In this document: in pieces, positions 54,593 to 64,000 of the stretch
Layout of the letters: every line of letters begins with the position of its first letter
Numbering within the stretch: the stretch's first letter is position 1
DNA from: Clostridiales bacterium
GTDB taxonomy: Bacteria; Bacillota; Peptococcia; DRI-13; UBA5745
DNA length: 64,000 bases
Direction of reading: 5' to 3'
Assembly (NCBI GenBank): GCA_038562165.1
Contig: JBCFAO010000012.1
Location: 19,850 to 83,849, forward strand
Translations under genes and position numbers: made by a program
Notes under the pieces: generated by a model
The model's input: the letters and a program-made list of their open reading frames with translations, nothing else
Told to the model about the DNA's origin: nothing
The model's database searches: none

Positions 54593-55768
54593 ATGAAAAA
54601 TAGCAAGAGGATTGTTTCAGTACTTTGTATTGCAGCTATGGCCTTAAGCTTACTGACGGCTTGCGGCAGCGGCGCCGCCGGTTCCCAGGAGCCTCAGGGC
54701 CAGGTGCCGGCCGCCATCGGCGGCGTCAGTACCGGTGAGCATAAAGTCATTGCTACGGTAAACGGCGAAGATATTCATGAAGACGTGTATATGGAATGGT
54801 ATTTGGAAACCATGTCTCTGAGCCTGGGGCTGGATATGTCCACAGAGCTGGATGCCCAGGTTACCAGCTTTTTGGATAGCTATAAGCTGAGCTATCTGGG
54901 CAGTTACGCCGAGCAGGTTGCCCTGATGCAGGAAGCCAAAAAAGAAAATATTGAAGTAGCCGATAAAGAAGTTGAAGACTACATCAAAGAATTGGTTACC
55001 TTGTATCAGACGGATGAAGAGGGATTCAAAGCCATCCAGACTATGATGGGCTTCACCGATGAGACCATTCGCCGCTATATCAAGAACCAGATGATTATTC
55101 AAAATCTCTATGAGGCTAAGACGGAAGGAATTACGGAGCCGGAGCAGAGCCCGGAGGAATACTACAATACTTATCCCGGCGAGTTCAAAATCGACGAGAC
55201 CAGAACGGTACGTCATATTTTGATTGAGGCTCAGGAAGAAGAGGCCAAAGCCGCGGCTAAGCAGGAGGCGGAGGCCATTATCAAAAGCCTCAACGAAGGC
55301 GCCGATTTTGCCGCTTTAGTGACGGAAAAAAGTGATGATAAGGGTTCCGTAGCTGGCGGCGGCGTCATCGGGCCCTTCAATTCGGCCGGGGTTATGGACG
55401 GCGGCAGCTCCCTGGTGGCTCCCTTTACCGAGGCTTCTTATGCATTACAGAAGACGGGAGACATTACCCAGGAGCCGGTGGAATCTCAATTTGGTTACCA
55501 TATCATTATTCTTGACGATATTTCCCCTGCCCGTACGAAATCCTTCGACGAGGTAAAAGGAGACCTGGCTACCAGACTGCTGCAGGACGCCAAGGATAAA
55601 TATTTTGACGAATATTATTCAGAGATAGTGGATAAGGCTGAGATCACCTATGTGGAAGGCTATGATCCCATGGCGTTATTTTCCCAGGATGCTCCCGATG
55701 CCTCTGACGGCGGTGAAGAATCCACAGGAGATGGCGAAGGCGCCGAAGATACTGTACCTCAGGATTAA
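54593..55768 (+). CDS. Lipoprotein peptidyl-prolyl isomerase (PrsA/SurA-like parvulin)
   Basis: Lipobox LLTACGS, parvulin motif FGYHIIIL, acidic tail. Confidence 0.8.
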   Translation: MKNSKRIVSVLCIAAMALSLLTACGSGAAGSQEPQGQVPAAIGGVSTGEHKVIATVNGEDIHEDVYMEWYLETMSLSLGLDMSTELDAQVTSFLDSYKLSYLGSYAEQVALMQEAKKENIEVADKEVEDYIKELVTLYQTDEEGFKAIQTMMGFTDETIRRYIKNQMIIQNLYEAKTEGITEPEQSPEEYYNTYPGEFKIDETRTVRHILIEAQEEEAKAAAKQEAEAIIKSLNEGADFAALVTEKSDDKGSVAGGGVIGPFNSAGVMDGGSSLVAPFTEASYALQKTGDITQEPVESQFGYHIIILDDISPARTKSFDEVKGDLATRLLQDAKDKYFDEYYSEIVDKAEITYVEGYDPMALFSQDAPDASDGGEESTGDGEGAEDTVPQD

Positions 55769-55813
55769 AGAGGCAGATCGGCAAACAGAGGCAAGCAAAG
55801 GAGATGCGTAGGA

Positions 55814-56248
55814 ATGCTTAAACAATTGATCGCCGAGGGCTTTGGGCAAGCGGAGGATTATAATTGTGCGGAAAAAATTATCCGGGGCGCTAATGAGGCC
55901 TACGGCTTAAATCTCAGTGAAGAAGGGATGAAGCTGGCCGGCGGTTTTGGCGGCGGTTTAGCTATCGAAAGCACTTGCGGGGCTCTTTGCGGCGCCGTTA
56001 TGGCCCTGAGCCATTTGCTGATTGATACCGTAGCCCATCAGTCCCAGGAGTTAAAACCCATGACAAAGGAATTGCTGGAAGGTTTTCAGGCAGAAATGGG
56101 CAGCATATATTGCGATGCTCTCAAAAACGACTACCGCACGCCGGAAAAGAAATGCCAGGTCGTCATTGAAAAGGCGGCGGAGCATTTAGACAAGCTGGTA
56201 AGCCGGATACAGGAGGAAAGTCAGGTTGAACATCAAGGCAGCAATTAA
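55814..56248 (+). CDS. C_GCAxxG_C_C family redox-active protein
   Basis: YNCAE...GFGGGLAIESTCGALCGAVMAL pattern. Confidence 0.7.
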   Translation: MLKQLIAEGFGQAEDYNCAEKIIRGANEAYGLNLSEEGMKLAGGFGGGLAIESTCGALCGAVMALSHLLIDTVAHQSQELKPMTKELLEGFQAEMGSIYCDALKNDYRTPEKKCQVVIEKAAEHLDKLVSRIQEESQVEHQGSN

Positions 56249-57779
56249 AGGGGAAGCTGGAACTAAAGCGACCTACAGGCGTATACGGGGACTTGTTTTG
56301 GGCAGTCTTTGCCTGGCTTTGCTGAGCCTCCCTTCACCCTTGGCGGCGGCAGAGCTGAATGCCGCAGAAAGCAATGGGGCAGAATTGAAGAGCGCAGGAA
56401 GCATAGTTACTGCTGACGAGCCTGCCACAGCCAAGGCCGATACTGCCGCGGATACGGCTGTCAAAGAAGAGGCCGGGGCGGCAGACAAGGCCAGCGCCTC
56501 TGCCACCGGCAGCCAAACAACCGGCAGCCAAACGGCCGGCAGTCAAACTACCGGAACCCAAACTACCGGCAGTCAAACAACCGGCAGCCAGCTTAGCGGT
56601 CCGCCCGCAATTAAGCTTTATTTGGATGATCAGGAGATATTTCTCACCGATCCCATCCAAAACAAAAACGGCCGGACTTACTATCCCTTGCGTTCCTATC
56701 TGGAAGCCCTGGGGGCCAAAGTGACCTGGCAGCAAAGCAATGGCACCGTCAGCGCTGCCAGAGGCAGGGTGGAGGCGATTTACGCCTTAAATTCTTCTGT
56801 CTACTCCATCAACGGCAGGGCAAATATCATGAAGGATGCCGCCCTTTATATTGATCAGACCATCAACCGGGTCTATGTCCCCATCCGCTATGGGGCCGAG
56901 GCTTTCGGCTTTCAGGTGGAATGGACTAAGACGGCGGAGGGGGAGGCTATCCATCTGCGCAGCACCCCCGTTTCCAAGGGTGAGCTGACCGACAACGAAA
57001 TAACCATCAATGGCAAGCTGATCTGGCTGGGCCAGACGGAGAGCCAGCTAACCGAGAGCCTGGGCCGCCCCAACCGCATTGACGAATCGGCGTATGGTTT
57101 GCAATGGCATGTTTACAACCGGGATTACAAAGAATTTGTGATGGTAGGCATGAAGGATCAGCGGGTGAGGGCGTTCTTCACCAATTGCCAGACCTTTGGC
57201 TTGAAAAACAAGCTAGGTTACGGTTCGGCTAAAAAAGATGCGGATGCCGCCCAATTTAGCAGTGACACTATGGAGTTGTGGTTTGACCCTCATAATAAGG
57301 ATTCCTTATACGCCGTGTTTTGTATGACGGAGTTTCCCAGTCCGGCGGAGCAGTTGGCGATTTTTGCAAAGAACCCGGACCGGCTGCTGCGTACCTACGG
57401 GCAGGAATGCGTGGACATTACCAATGCCTTCCGTGTTGCTAACGGCAAAAAAGAAGTTGGTTACAATAATTATGCCGCCAGAGTAGCTCTGGCTCATGCC
57501 AAGGATATGGCCGAGCGCAACTACCTGAGCCATTTGAATCCTGAGGGCTTGGATCCTCTAAAACGTATGGAAGCTGCGGGACTCAATGTCCGCAAAGTAT
57601 CGGAAAATCTGGCCGGCGGCTTTGCCGACGCTATCCAGGTGCTGAAGGGCTGGGTAGATTCCGCCTCTCATCGCCAGGGCATGCTGGAGGACAATCAATA
57701 TCTGGGTGTAGGTGCATACTACAAAAAAGCCAGCAAATACGGTTTCTATTTTGTCCAGGAGTTTATTACTTTGGACTGA
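56226..57779 (+). CDS. Secreted protein with copper-amine-oxidase-N-like domain and C-terminal CAP/SCP (YkwD-like) domain
   Basis: Signal-like LGSLCLALLSLPSPLAAA, TGSQT linker repeats, stalk domain (YPLRSYLEALGAKVTW), CAP motifs (HAKDMAERNYLSH...GWVDSASHRQGML). TTG start 9 nt after AGGAGG. Confidence 0.7.
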   Translation: MNIKAAIKGEAGTKATYRRIRGLVLGSLCLALLSLPSPLAAAELNAAESNGAELKSAGSIVTADEPATAKADTAADTAVKEEAGAADKASASATGSQTTGSQTAGSQTTGTQTTGSQTTGSQLSGPPAIKLYLDDQEIFLTDPIQNKNGRTYYPLRSYLEALGAKVTWQQSNGTVSAARGRVEAIYALNSSVYSINGRANIMKDAALYIDQTINRVYVPIRYGAEAFGFQVEWTKTAEGEAIHLRSTPVSKGELTDNEITINGKLIWLGQTESQLTESLGRPNRIDESAYGLQWHVYNRDYKEFVMVGMKDQRVRAFFTNCQTFGLKNKLGYGSAKKDADAAQFSSDTMELWFDPHNKDSLYAVFCMTEFPSPAEQLAIFAKNPDRLLRTYGQECVDITNAFRVANGKKEVGYNNYAARVALAHAKDMAERNYLSHLNPEGLDPLKRMEAAGLNVRKVSENLAGGFADAIQVLKGWVDSASHRQGMLEDNQYLGVGAYYKKASKYGFYFVQEFITLD

Positions 57780-57904
57780 TTGGCCGGCTGAGGCTTTGAA
57801 TACAACCGAAACCGCGGAAAAGCAGCATAAGAAGAGCGGATGGTCAGAGATTGCTGATCATCCGCTTTTAATCATGCGATCAAGGGAAGGGGTGCATTGC
57901 AGCT

Positions 57905-58190
57905 AACCGGCGCCGCTGCTCAAAATTGCAGGTTTGTCGCTGTTCAGCAAGGCTAACTGTGCAAACTTGCAAGTTTGTCGCCGTTCGCCGTATCTAACTG
58001 AGCAAAATTGCAGGTTTGTCCACCCAAAATAAGCCTTAAATTTAAAATTATGAGGGGAAAATTATATTTATACCATAAACTTGAAACTTTAAACAAAAAA
58101 TAGCATGAATGAGGGATACAAACTTGCAATTTTGCACAAATGGGCCTAAGGCCAGGTACAAACTTGCAATTTTGCACATGAGCCTCAGCC
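57905..58190. repeat. Family A modular inverted-repeat element, copy 3
   Basis: Cores at 57921, 57962 and 58003 (+, exact 41-bp spacing). Inverted cores at 58118 and 58158 (a degenerate one near 58075). AT-rich centre. Confidence 0.8.
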
Positions 58191-58232
58191 AAAGGCCAGA
58201 ACCTACATCCCTGCCGCCTACTGCCTTACTAC

Positions 58233-59486
58233 TTACAGCCTGATTTCCTCCGGAAAAGCATGGGTTCGCATAACGCTCCACATCTTGTCGATATAGGAAA
58301 GGGTGTAAAAGTTTTCATAGTAGTGGTAATAAAAGGCGCCTTTCAGCGTCATGTGGAATACACCCTTTTCTTCGGTGATAAAGCCAAGCTTCTTTGCCAG
58401 CCACAACTCAAAGCCGTAGTATCTTTGCAGTTTTTCACCAAAGAATTTTTCAAAGGCTTCAGCGTCAACTTGGGTGCTGTAGGCGGTCCAAAAAAGATAG
58501 TAGATCATGCGCTGGCGTTTGGTAAAGCGAAGGGTCAAAGAAGTGGGCAGGCTATTTCCGGCAATCCTTTTTTGATATTCTGCTACCGAAAAGGTATTGA
58601 TTTTAAATTGATTGCGTAATAACGTTGTCGCTGAACAGCCAAAACCCAGAAAGTTTTCCCGTGTCATGGAAGAATACTTTGCTTCGGGCACATTGGAAAA
58701 TGTCCAGATAGAATCCCGGGTATATCCTTTAGAGCGGCAATACAAGGTGATATCATCCAGCAGCTTTCGTTTTTCCCGTTTTGCCATTGCCTTGACGATT
58801 GAGCCCGTAAAGGTAAAGTCAATAAAAGGATATATGGCCACGTGGTTTGCCCCTATTGAAAAGGCTGCTTCAATATCGGATTTCACATCCTCAAAAGTTT
58901 GATTGGGCAGCGCAAAAATAAAGTCCATGGACACCGTATCAAAAGGCGCCTTTTGCAATGCTTCCGTCATTTGCTCCATTGAGAAGTCTTTTCTGCCAAG
59001 AACCGAAAGAAACTTATGGCTGAAGGACTGAATGCCAATGCTGATTTTGCTGACGCCGGCAGAGCGTAAAATCCTCAAGGTTTCTTCATTCACATTATGG
59101 GGATGGAGCTCTGCTCCAATGCCCTCGGTAATAATAAAATATTGCTGCAGCGCCGAGATGATTTCGCCTATTCTGGCAGCGGCAAGGGCCGGCGTGCCTC
59201 CGCCAAAATATAAGCTGCTGGCTTGCTTTTTTTGTGTCAGCCGGGAACCAACCAGATGGATTTCCCGGATCAAATGGTCAAGATATTCATTGCAGACAGT
59301 CTCATCATACAGTTGTTTGCAATAGGGGCAGAAACTACAGAGTTGCCTGCAAAAAGGGATATGGACATACAGGCCCAGTTTATCCTCCTGTTCAAATTCC
59401 AAATGATTATCATATTCCTTCTTAAAGGCAAAGGGCTCCAGGGATCTGGTCAACCAATTGCGAGTCAGCGTTGTTAAAAGGCTCAT
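58233..59486 (-). CDS. Radical SAM, HemN/coproporphyrinogen-III-oxidase-like family protein
   Basis: 417 aa. YVHIPFCRQLCSFCPY CxxxCxxC motif. Confidence 0.8.
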   Translation of the reverse strand: MSLLTTLTRNWLTRSLEPFAFKKEYDNHLEFEQEDKLGLYVHIPFCRQLCSFCPYCKQLYDETVCNEYLDHLIREIHLVGSRLTQKKQASSLYFGGGTPALAAARIGEIISALQQYFIITEGIGAELHPHNVNEETLRILRSAGVSKISIGIQSFSHKFLSVLGRKDFSMEQMTEALQKAPFDTVSMDFIFALPNQTFEDVKSDIEAAFSIGANHVAIYPFIDFTFTGSIVKAMAKREKRKLLDDITLYCRSKGYTRDSIWTFSNVPEAKYSSMTRENFLGFGCSATTLLRNQFKINTFSVAEYQKRIAGNSLPTSLTLRFTKRQRMIYYLFWTAYSTQVDAEAFEKFFGEKLQRYYGFELWLAKKLGFITEEKGVFHMTLKGAFYYHYYENFYTLSYIDKMWSVMRTHAFPEEIRL

Positions 59487-59674
59487 GCCTCCCCCTTATA
59501 TATCGGAGATACCTTTGCAGCATCCCGGCAATAATCTTAAATAAAACTCTGGTTTAAGCCCAATTATACGTCATTTTCGGCGGCTGTACAATTCAGCTCT
59601 CTAGGGAACCAACTTTTGTATACTTATATGTATACGCGGAAGTATACGCCAAAGGCCTTTTATCAGGAAAAAAC

Positions 59675-59737
59675 CATTGTTATAATAAACATTGTTATAA
59701 TAAACATTGTTATAATAAACATTGTTATAAATAACAT
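59675..59737. repeat. Tandem array, 15 bp x4 (CATTGTTATAATAAA), each unit an extended -10 box
   Basis: Units at 59675, 59690, 59705 and 59720 (the last is TATAAA). TGTTATAAT occurs three times. Ends about 30 nt before the gdhA RBS. Confidence 0.85.
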
Positions 59738-59768
59738 CAGTATTCTTAATTAGTCGGGAGGATTTATC

Positions 59769-61121
59769 ATGAGCGGCGTATTAAAAAATGAATATTTGAA
59801 GAAGATCTTTGATGAAGTTATGGAGCGGGACCCCCATGAACCGGAATTTCAGCAGGCCGTCTTTGAGGTGCTGGAATCTCTGGAGCCGGTGGTAGAAAAA
59901 CGGCCGGATATTGTGAAGGCTGATGTTATCCGCCGCCTGGTGGAGCCGGAACGGCTGATCATCTTCCGGGTGCCCTGGATGGACGATGCCGGCAATATGC
60001 GGGTGAACCGGGGCTTCCGTGTACAATATAACAGCGCTATCGGGCCTTACAAAGGCGGTCTGCGTTTTCATCCTTCCGTTAATGCCTCGATTATTAAATT
60101 CCTGGGCTTTGAGCAATGCTTTAAGAACTGCCTGACCACCATGCCCATGGGCGGCGGCAAAGGCGGTTCCGACTTTGATCCCAAGGGTAAATCCGATAAT
60201 GAAGTTATGCGGTTTTGTCAAAGCTTTATGACGGAGCTGTACCGCCATGTGGGCCAGTTCACCGATGGGCCTGCCGGCGATATCGGCGTAGGCGCCAGGG
60301 AGATCGGCTATCTCTTTGGCCAGCACAAACGGATTACCAACGAATTTAACGGCACCATGAGCGGCAAGGGTATTCCCTACGGCGGTTCTTTAGGCCGCAA
60401 GTCCGCTACCGGTTACGGCTTATGCTACTTTACGGCCAATGCCCTGTCTGCTAAGAGTGACAGCTTTGCCGGCAAAACCGTGGTGGTTTCCGGCTCCGGC
60501 AACGTAGCCATTTATGCCTGTGAGAAAGCCCAGGAGATGGGAGCTAGGGTAGTGGCCATGAGCGACTCCTGCGGGTACATCTACGACGAGAAGGGCCTGG
60601 ATATTGAAATCATCAAAACCCTCAAAGAAGTAAAGCGCTGCCGGCTTTCCGAATATGCCCAGGCAGTTCCCGGTTCCGTCTACACAGAGGGCTGCTGCAA
60701 CATTTGGAGCGTTCCTTGCGATATCGCCCTGCCTTGCGCTACCCAAAATGAGATTGATATCAAAGCAGCCCAGCTTCTGGTAAAAAATGGCTGCAAATGC
60801 GTGGCGGAAGGATCCAATATGTCTTCCACTGCGGAAGCTGCTTACTACTTTATAGAGTCCGGTATTTTATATGCACCCTCCAAGGCAGCCAATGCCGGCG
60901 GCGTCGCCGTATCCTGGATGGAAATGAGCCAAAACTCCACCCGCCTGCCTTTGACGGAGGAGGAGATCGATGCCAAGCTCCGGAAGATCATGAAGGATAT
61001 TTATGAGAATGTATCCTCTGCCGCCAAAGAGTTTGGCCTGGAAGGCAATTTCGTAGCCGGCGCCAATATCGCCAGCTTCCTGAAAATCGCCGAGGCCATG
61101 ATGGCTCAGGGTTGCTGCTAA
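59769..61121 (+). CDS. gdhA: NADP-specific glutamate dehydrogenase
   Basis: 450 aa. PMGGGKGGSDFDPKG catalytic-Lys motif. Confidence 0.93.
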   Translation: MSGVLKNEYLKKIFDEVMERDPHEPEFQQAVFEVLESLEPVVEKRPDIVKADVIRRLVEPERLIIFRVPWMDDAGNMRVNRGFRVQYNSAIGPYKGGLRFHPSVNASIIKFLGFEQCFKNCLTTMPMGGGKGGSDFDPKGKSDNEVMRFCQSFMTELYRHVGQFTDGPAGDIGVGAREIGYLFGQHKRITNEFNGTMSGKGIPYGGSLGRKSATGYGLCYFTANALSAKSDSFAGKTVVVSGSGNVAIYACEKAQEMGARVVAMSDSCGYIYDEKGLDIEIIKTLKEVKRCRLSEYAQAVPGSVYTEGCCNIWSVPCDIALPCATQNEIDIKAAQLLVKNGCKCVAEGSNMSSTAEAAYYFIESGILYAPSKAANAGGVAVSWMEMSQNSTRLPLTEEEIDAKLRKIMKDIYENVSSAAKEFGLEGNFVAGANIASFLKIAEAMMAQGCC

Positions 61122-61150
61122 GAATAGTTTAGGTTTCTAACATAAAGAGC

Positions 61151-61192
61151 AAAAAAGCAAGAGCTGGTCTCAGAGCCGGCTCTTGCTTTTTT
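61151..61192. terminator. Bidirectional rho-independent terminator
   Basis: AAAAAAGCAAGAGCtGG...CCgGCTCTTGCTTTTTT between convergent genes. Confidence 0.8.
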
Positions 61193-61222
61193 CAATAAAT
61201 ACGGTACCCTCGTATCTGCCTA

Positions 61223-61957
61223 TTATAATTTAGAATCCCGGTAAACAGCGGCGGCTTCCACAAAAGAACTATAGAGCCTGCCGAACAAAGGGGATTTGCC
61301 ATACATATATTCCGGATGCCACTGCACGGCCAGAGAATAAGTCAGGGTCTGGCTTTCCATTCCTTCAATGACACCGTCCGGTGCTGCCGCCGATATCCTG
61401 TAGCCCGGTGCAGTATCTTTAACAGACTCATGGTGGAAGGAGTTAACCGCCAGCTTTTCCGCCCCTAATAATTGGGCCATTTTGCAGCCGGGGCTGAGGC
61501 CGATGGAATGAAAGGCAAACTCCCCCGGTAAATCCTTTTGGGAATGGCAGCCGGCTTTCGGCAGCTGGGCATATAAATCCTGATAGATGCTGCCGCCGGC
61601 AGCAATATTCATAATCTGCATGCCCCGGCACACGCCGAACATGGGCATATCTGCCGCTGATGCCAAACGGTAAAGAGCAATCTCGAAGGCGTCTCTTGGG
61701 GGGCAGAGGCTTCCCAGGGTTTGAATGGGTTCTTCTCCGAAATAGGAAGGCAGAATATCGCAGCCGCCGGTAAAATAAATGCCGTCTACCAGAGAAAGGA
61801 TTTGGGACAAGGCTGATTCATCTTCTGTGTAAGGCAGCAGCAGGGGCAGGCCGCCGTGATCTGAGATGGCTTCCGCATTGTTTGGCCGCATCGTATAAGA
61901 ATACCTTGCGTCCAGCAGTTGTAAGCTGGGAACTACACCGATTACAGGCTTCATCAT
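61223..61957 (-). CDS. Class I glutamine amidotransferase / gamma-glutamyl-GABA hydrolase-like (peptidase C26)
   Basis: FGVCRGMQIMN nucleophile motif. Start set to the ATG at 61957 after AAGGAG (the upstream part of the long ORF has no homology pattern). Confidence 0.8.
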   Translation of the reverse strand: MMKPVIGVVPSLQLLDARYSYTMRPNNAEAISDHGGLPLLLPYTEDESALSQILSLVDGIYFTGGCDILPSYFGEEPIQTLGSLCPPRDAFEIALYRLASAADMPMFGVCRGMQIMNIAAGGSIYQDLYAQLPKAGCHSQKDLPGEFAFHSIGLSPGCKMAQLLGAEKLAVNSFHHESVKDTAPGYRISAAAPDGVIEGMESQTLTYSLAVQWHPEYMYGKSPLFGRLYSSFVEAAAVYRDSKL

Positions 61958-62262
61958 TTTTCTCCTTTGCCGGTTGATTAACCGCCTTTGCCGCCAAGGG
62001 TGGTTAATACCATTATAGAATAGCCAACAGGAAAAATGCCTGAGGTCGTATATAATGGCGGGATGGCAAAATTGAAAAGAATTGGGGCCTCTTACTATGA
62101 AATTGGAACTCAAAAGTGTAAATGGGCGGATGAGATAGGAAAACACCTGAATCTGCAAAATAATCGCTCTCCAAGTTTTAATTTTCTATTATCTAAACTT
62201 GATAGTATTACGCGATAACCAGGGCCAAAAGCATAAACTATTCATTCTTCGAATAAAGCTTT

Positions 62263-62296
62263 TCACAGACACTTTGAAGAGTGTCTGTGATTTTTT
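62263..62296 (+). terminator. Strong rho-independent terminator 70 nt upstream of the Ldh_2 gene
   Basis: TCACAGACACT-ttgaag-AGTGTCTGTGA followed by TTTTTT. Confidence 0.8.
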
Positions 62297-62364
62297 ACAC
62301 CCTAAAACAAGTTTTGCCGAAAATCATAGGGCCATGTTAAAATAGACGAAAGGAGGCGTAGGCA

Positions 62365-63438
62365 TTGATAAGAATAAAAGAGAAACAGCTATACGATATT
62401 ATGGTGATCTTATTAAAAGGCGCCGGGCTTACGGAAGAGCATTGCCGGCAGGTAGCGGACAATCTGATCCAGGCAGACCTGCGGGGCGTCAATACTCACG
62501 GAGTCATGCGGCTTCATTTATATCTCAACCGCATCCATACGGGAGCAGTGAAGGCCCGGCCAGACATAAAGGTGCTGAAAGAAAGGAAAGCCATGGCTTT
62601 GATCGACGGCGATAACGGTTTAGGCCAGATCAGCGGTCTGCGGGCCATGGAAATGGCTATCGAAAAGGCGGCGGTTTGCGGCATCGGCACGGTATCCGTA
62701 GTCAATGGGCACCATTTTGGAGCCGGGGCTTACTATGCCTGGCTGGCCGGCCAAAAGGACATGATCGGCATTGCCTTAACCAATACCCCGCCGCTGATGG
62801 CACCTTGGGGAGGCCGTAAAGCTATGGTAGGCAATAATCCTTTTGCCGTCTATGTGCCGGCAGGGGAGGAAAATCCTATTTTATTGGACATGGCTCTCAG
62901 CCAGGTAGCTCAGGGAAAGGTATCCCTGGCTTTGACCAAGGGGGAGAAGATTCCTAAGGATTGGGCCCTGGACAGAGAAGGCGTACCTACCGATGATCCT
63001 CAAGAAGCGATGAAGGGCGTTCTGCTTTCTGCCGGTGGTTATAAAGGATACGGACAGGCCGTTGTGATCGATATGCTGGCCGGTTTATTGGGCGGGGCCG
63101 GCGCCGGGATAAATGTATTCAGCATGATGGGCTATCCGGATAAGCCTCAAAATTCAGGCCAGTTTTATATGGCCATCGATATCGGTGCTTACCGGGACCC
63201 GGCGGAATTCAAGAAGGATGTAGACGAATATATCCGGTCAATTAAAGCCAGCCCCAGGGCTAAAGGTGCAGAGAATATCTTTTTGCCGGGAGAGCAAAGC
63301 TGGCGGCGGATGGAGCGAAACAAGGAGCAAGGTATTTTATTGCCCAAAGGGCTTTTTGACGACTTAATTCGAGCCGGTCACCGTTTTAATGTGGATATTC
63401 GATCTTTGATTCCAACAGAGGAAAATAGCTGCCAATAA
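62365..63438 (+). CDS. Ldh_2 family oxidoreductase (malate/L-lactate/sulfolactate dehydrogenase type 2)
   Basis: 357 aa. DLRGVNTHGVMRL motif. TTG start 8 nt after AGGAGG. Confidence 0.8.
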   Translation: MIRIKEKQLYDIMVILLKGAGLTEEHCRQVADNLIQADLRGVNTHGVMRLHLYLNRIHTGAVKARPDIKVLKERKAMALIDGDNGLGQISGLRAMEMAIEKAAVCGIGTVSVVNGHHFGAGAYYAWLAGQKDMIGIALTNTPPLMAPWGGRKAMVGNNPFAVYVPAGEENPILLDMALSQVAQGKVSLALTKGEKIPKDWALDREGVPTDDPQEAMKGVLLSAGGYKGYGQAVVIDMLAGLLGGAGAGINVFSMMGYPDKPQNSGQFYMAIDIGAYRDPAEFKKDVDEYIRSIKASPRAKGAENIFLPGEQSWRRMERNKEQGILLPKGLFDDLIRAGHRFNVDIRSLIPTEENSCQ

Positions 63439-63554
63439 TTTACAATAAGAACCTTGACTTCCAAAATTATCCATATTATAATAGGATAAAGAGTAGAGCG
63501 GCCGCCTATTCAAACATTAATTAAGGATGGGTATTGAAGGAGGGACGGATCGGC

Positions 63555-63953
63555 ATGACAAATATTACTTATGAAGTGTTGGATAAGCTGGGGGTTTTAT
63601 CGGAGTCTCCCCGGGGCTGGACAAAGGAGCTGCGGCTGATTAATTGGAATAACCGGGGACCCAGGTATGATTTGCGGGAATGGTCGCCGGGGGATAAGAA
63701 GGCCAGCCGGGGCATTACCATGTCGTTAAAGGAGATGCGGGTTCTTCAGGAAGCGATGATGGAGATTGAGCTGCCGGATCCGGAGGAGGAAGAAGAGAGG
63801 GAAGCAGGCTCTGCTGCCGGCGAGGCCGGGCAGGACATGGAGGAAGCCGCCGCTTTGGCGGAAAAAGCAGCTGAGTATAAAGGGGCCGGTAAGCCGGTGG
63901 CTGAAGAGGGCGGCGCGGCTGTTGCTGTCGAAGAGAGCAAAAAGGCGGGCTGA
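63555..63953 (+). CDS. YdbC/PC4-like ssDNA-binding protein with acidic low-complexity tail
   Basis: LGVLSESPRGWTKELRLINWNNRGPRYDLREW core. ATG at 63555 after GAAGGAGGGA. Confidence 0.6.
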   Translation: MTNITYEVLDKLGVLSESPRGWTKELRLINWNNRGPRYDLREWSPGDKKASRGITMSLKEMRVLQEAMMEIELPDPEEEEEREAGSAAGEAGQDMEEAAALAEKAAEYKGAGKPVAEEGGAAVAVEESKKAG

Positions 63954-64000
63954 CCGACGTGAGGGTTCCGGCAGGCGGGTGATGGAGCCTGGCAGCCCGG

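Noticed and set aside
56500-56590. 15-bp DNA repeats (GGCAGCCAAACAACC-like) as an independent repeat feature
   Set aside because: They lie in frame inside the secreted CAP-domain protein and encode a TGSQT linker. This is a coding low-complexity region, not a separate element.
59675-59737. Possible TnrA/GlnR (TGTNAN7TNACA) or CodY box in the gdhA upstream repeats
   Set aside because: TGTTA-N7 is followed by CATTG, not TNACA. There is no AATTTTCWGAAAATT-like match.

Overview
The window looks like chromosomal DNA from a moderately GC-rich anaerobic Firmicute (Clostridia or Negativicutes-like gene order: ispE-glmU-prs-pth-mfd-prsA, and a fabT-fabH-acpP-fabK-fabD-fabG-fabF-fabZ cluster). All calls come from reading the supplied translations and the DNA by eye. 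No database search was run. Coordinates of non-coding features were hand-indexed and may be off by 1-2 nt.

Content in order:
- 1-10 kb: an uncharacterised hydroxy-acid island. It holds a class II fumarase, a split UxaA/GarD-type dehydratase, a canonical LarA-type racemase homologue, an AbrB-duplication membrane protein, a divergent LarA_N/DUF2088 paralogue, a permease and an EF2568-type class V aminotransferase.
- 10-16.3 kb: the type II fatty-acid synthesis cluster.
- 16.4-18.5 kb: an AT-rich patch with a modular repeat element and an IS3-family IS that has a clear A8 frameshift site.
- 18.6-41.4 kb: the main feature. This is a complete minus-strand gene set matching, enzyme family by enzyme family, the Eubacterium barkeri nicotinate fermentation pathway (Ndh, Hnr, Ena, Hgd, Hmd, Mgm/MgmL, Mii, DmdAB, Dml). 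It also carries two transporters, a sigma-54 activator with a good -24/-12 promoter and three upstream palindromes, and two unexplained genes (UPF0280/ApbE-like and DUF1185/AA_synth) inside the operon.
- 41.6-64 kb: mostly housekeeping genes (mocA-like, typA, ispE, glmU, prs, pth, mfd, prsA-like, gdhA and others).

The intergenic DNA is unusually structured. There are two dispersed palindromic repeat families (one built from 41-bp modules arranged as inverted arms, one a GTGAC-hairpin element with a nested insertion). There are also four different promoter-proximal tandem arrays (45 bp x4, 15 bp x6, 15 bp x4, about 37 bp x2.7). No rRNA, tRNA or CRISPR array was seen.
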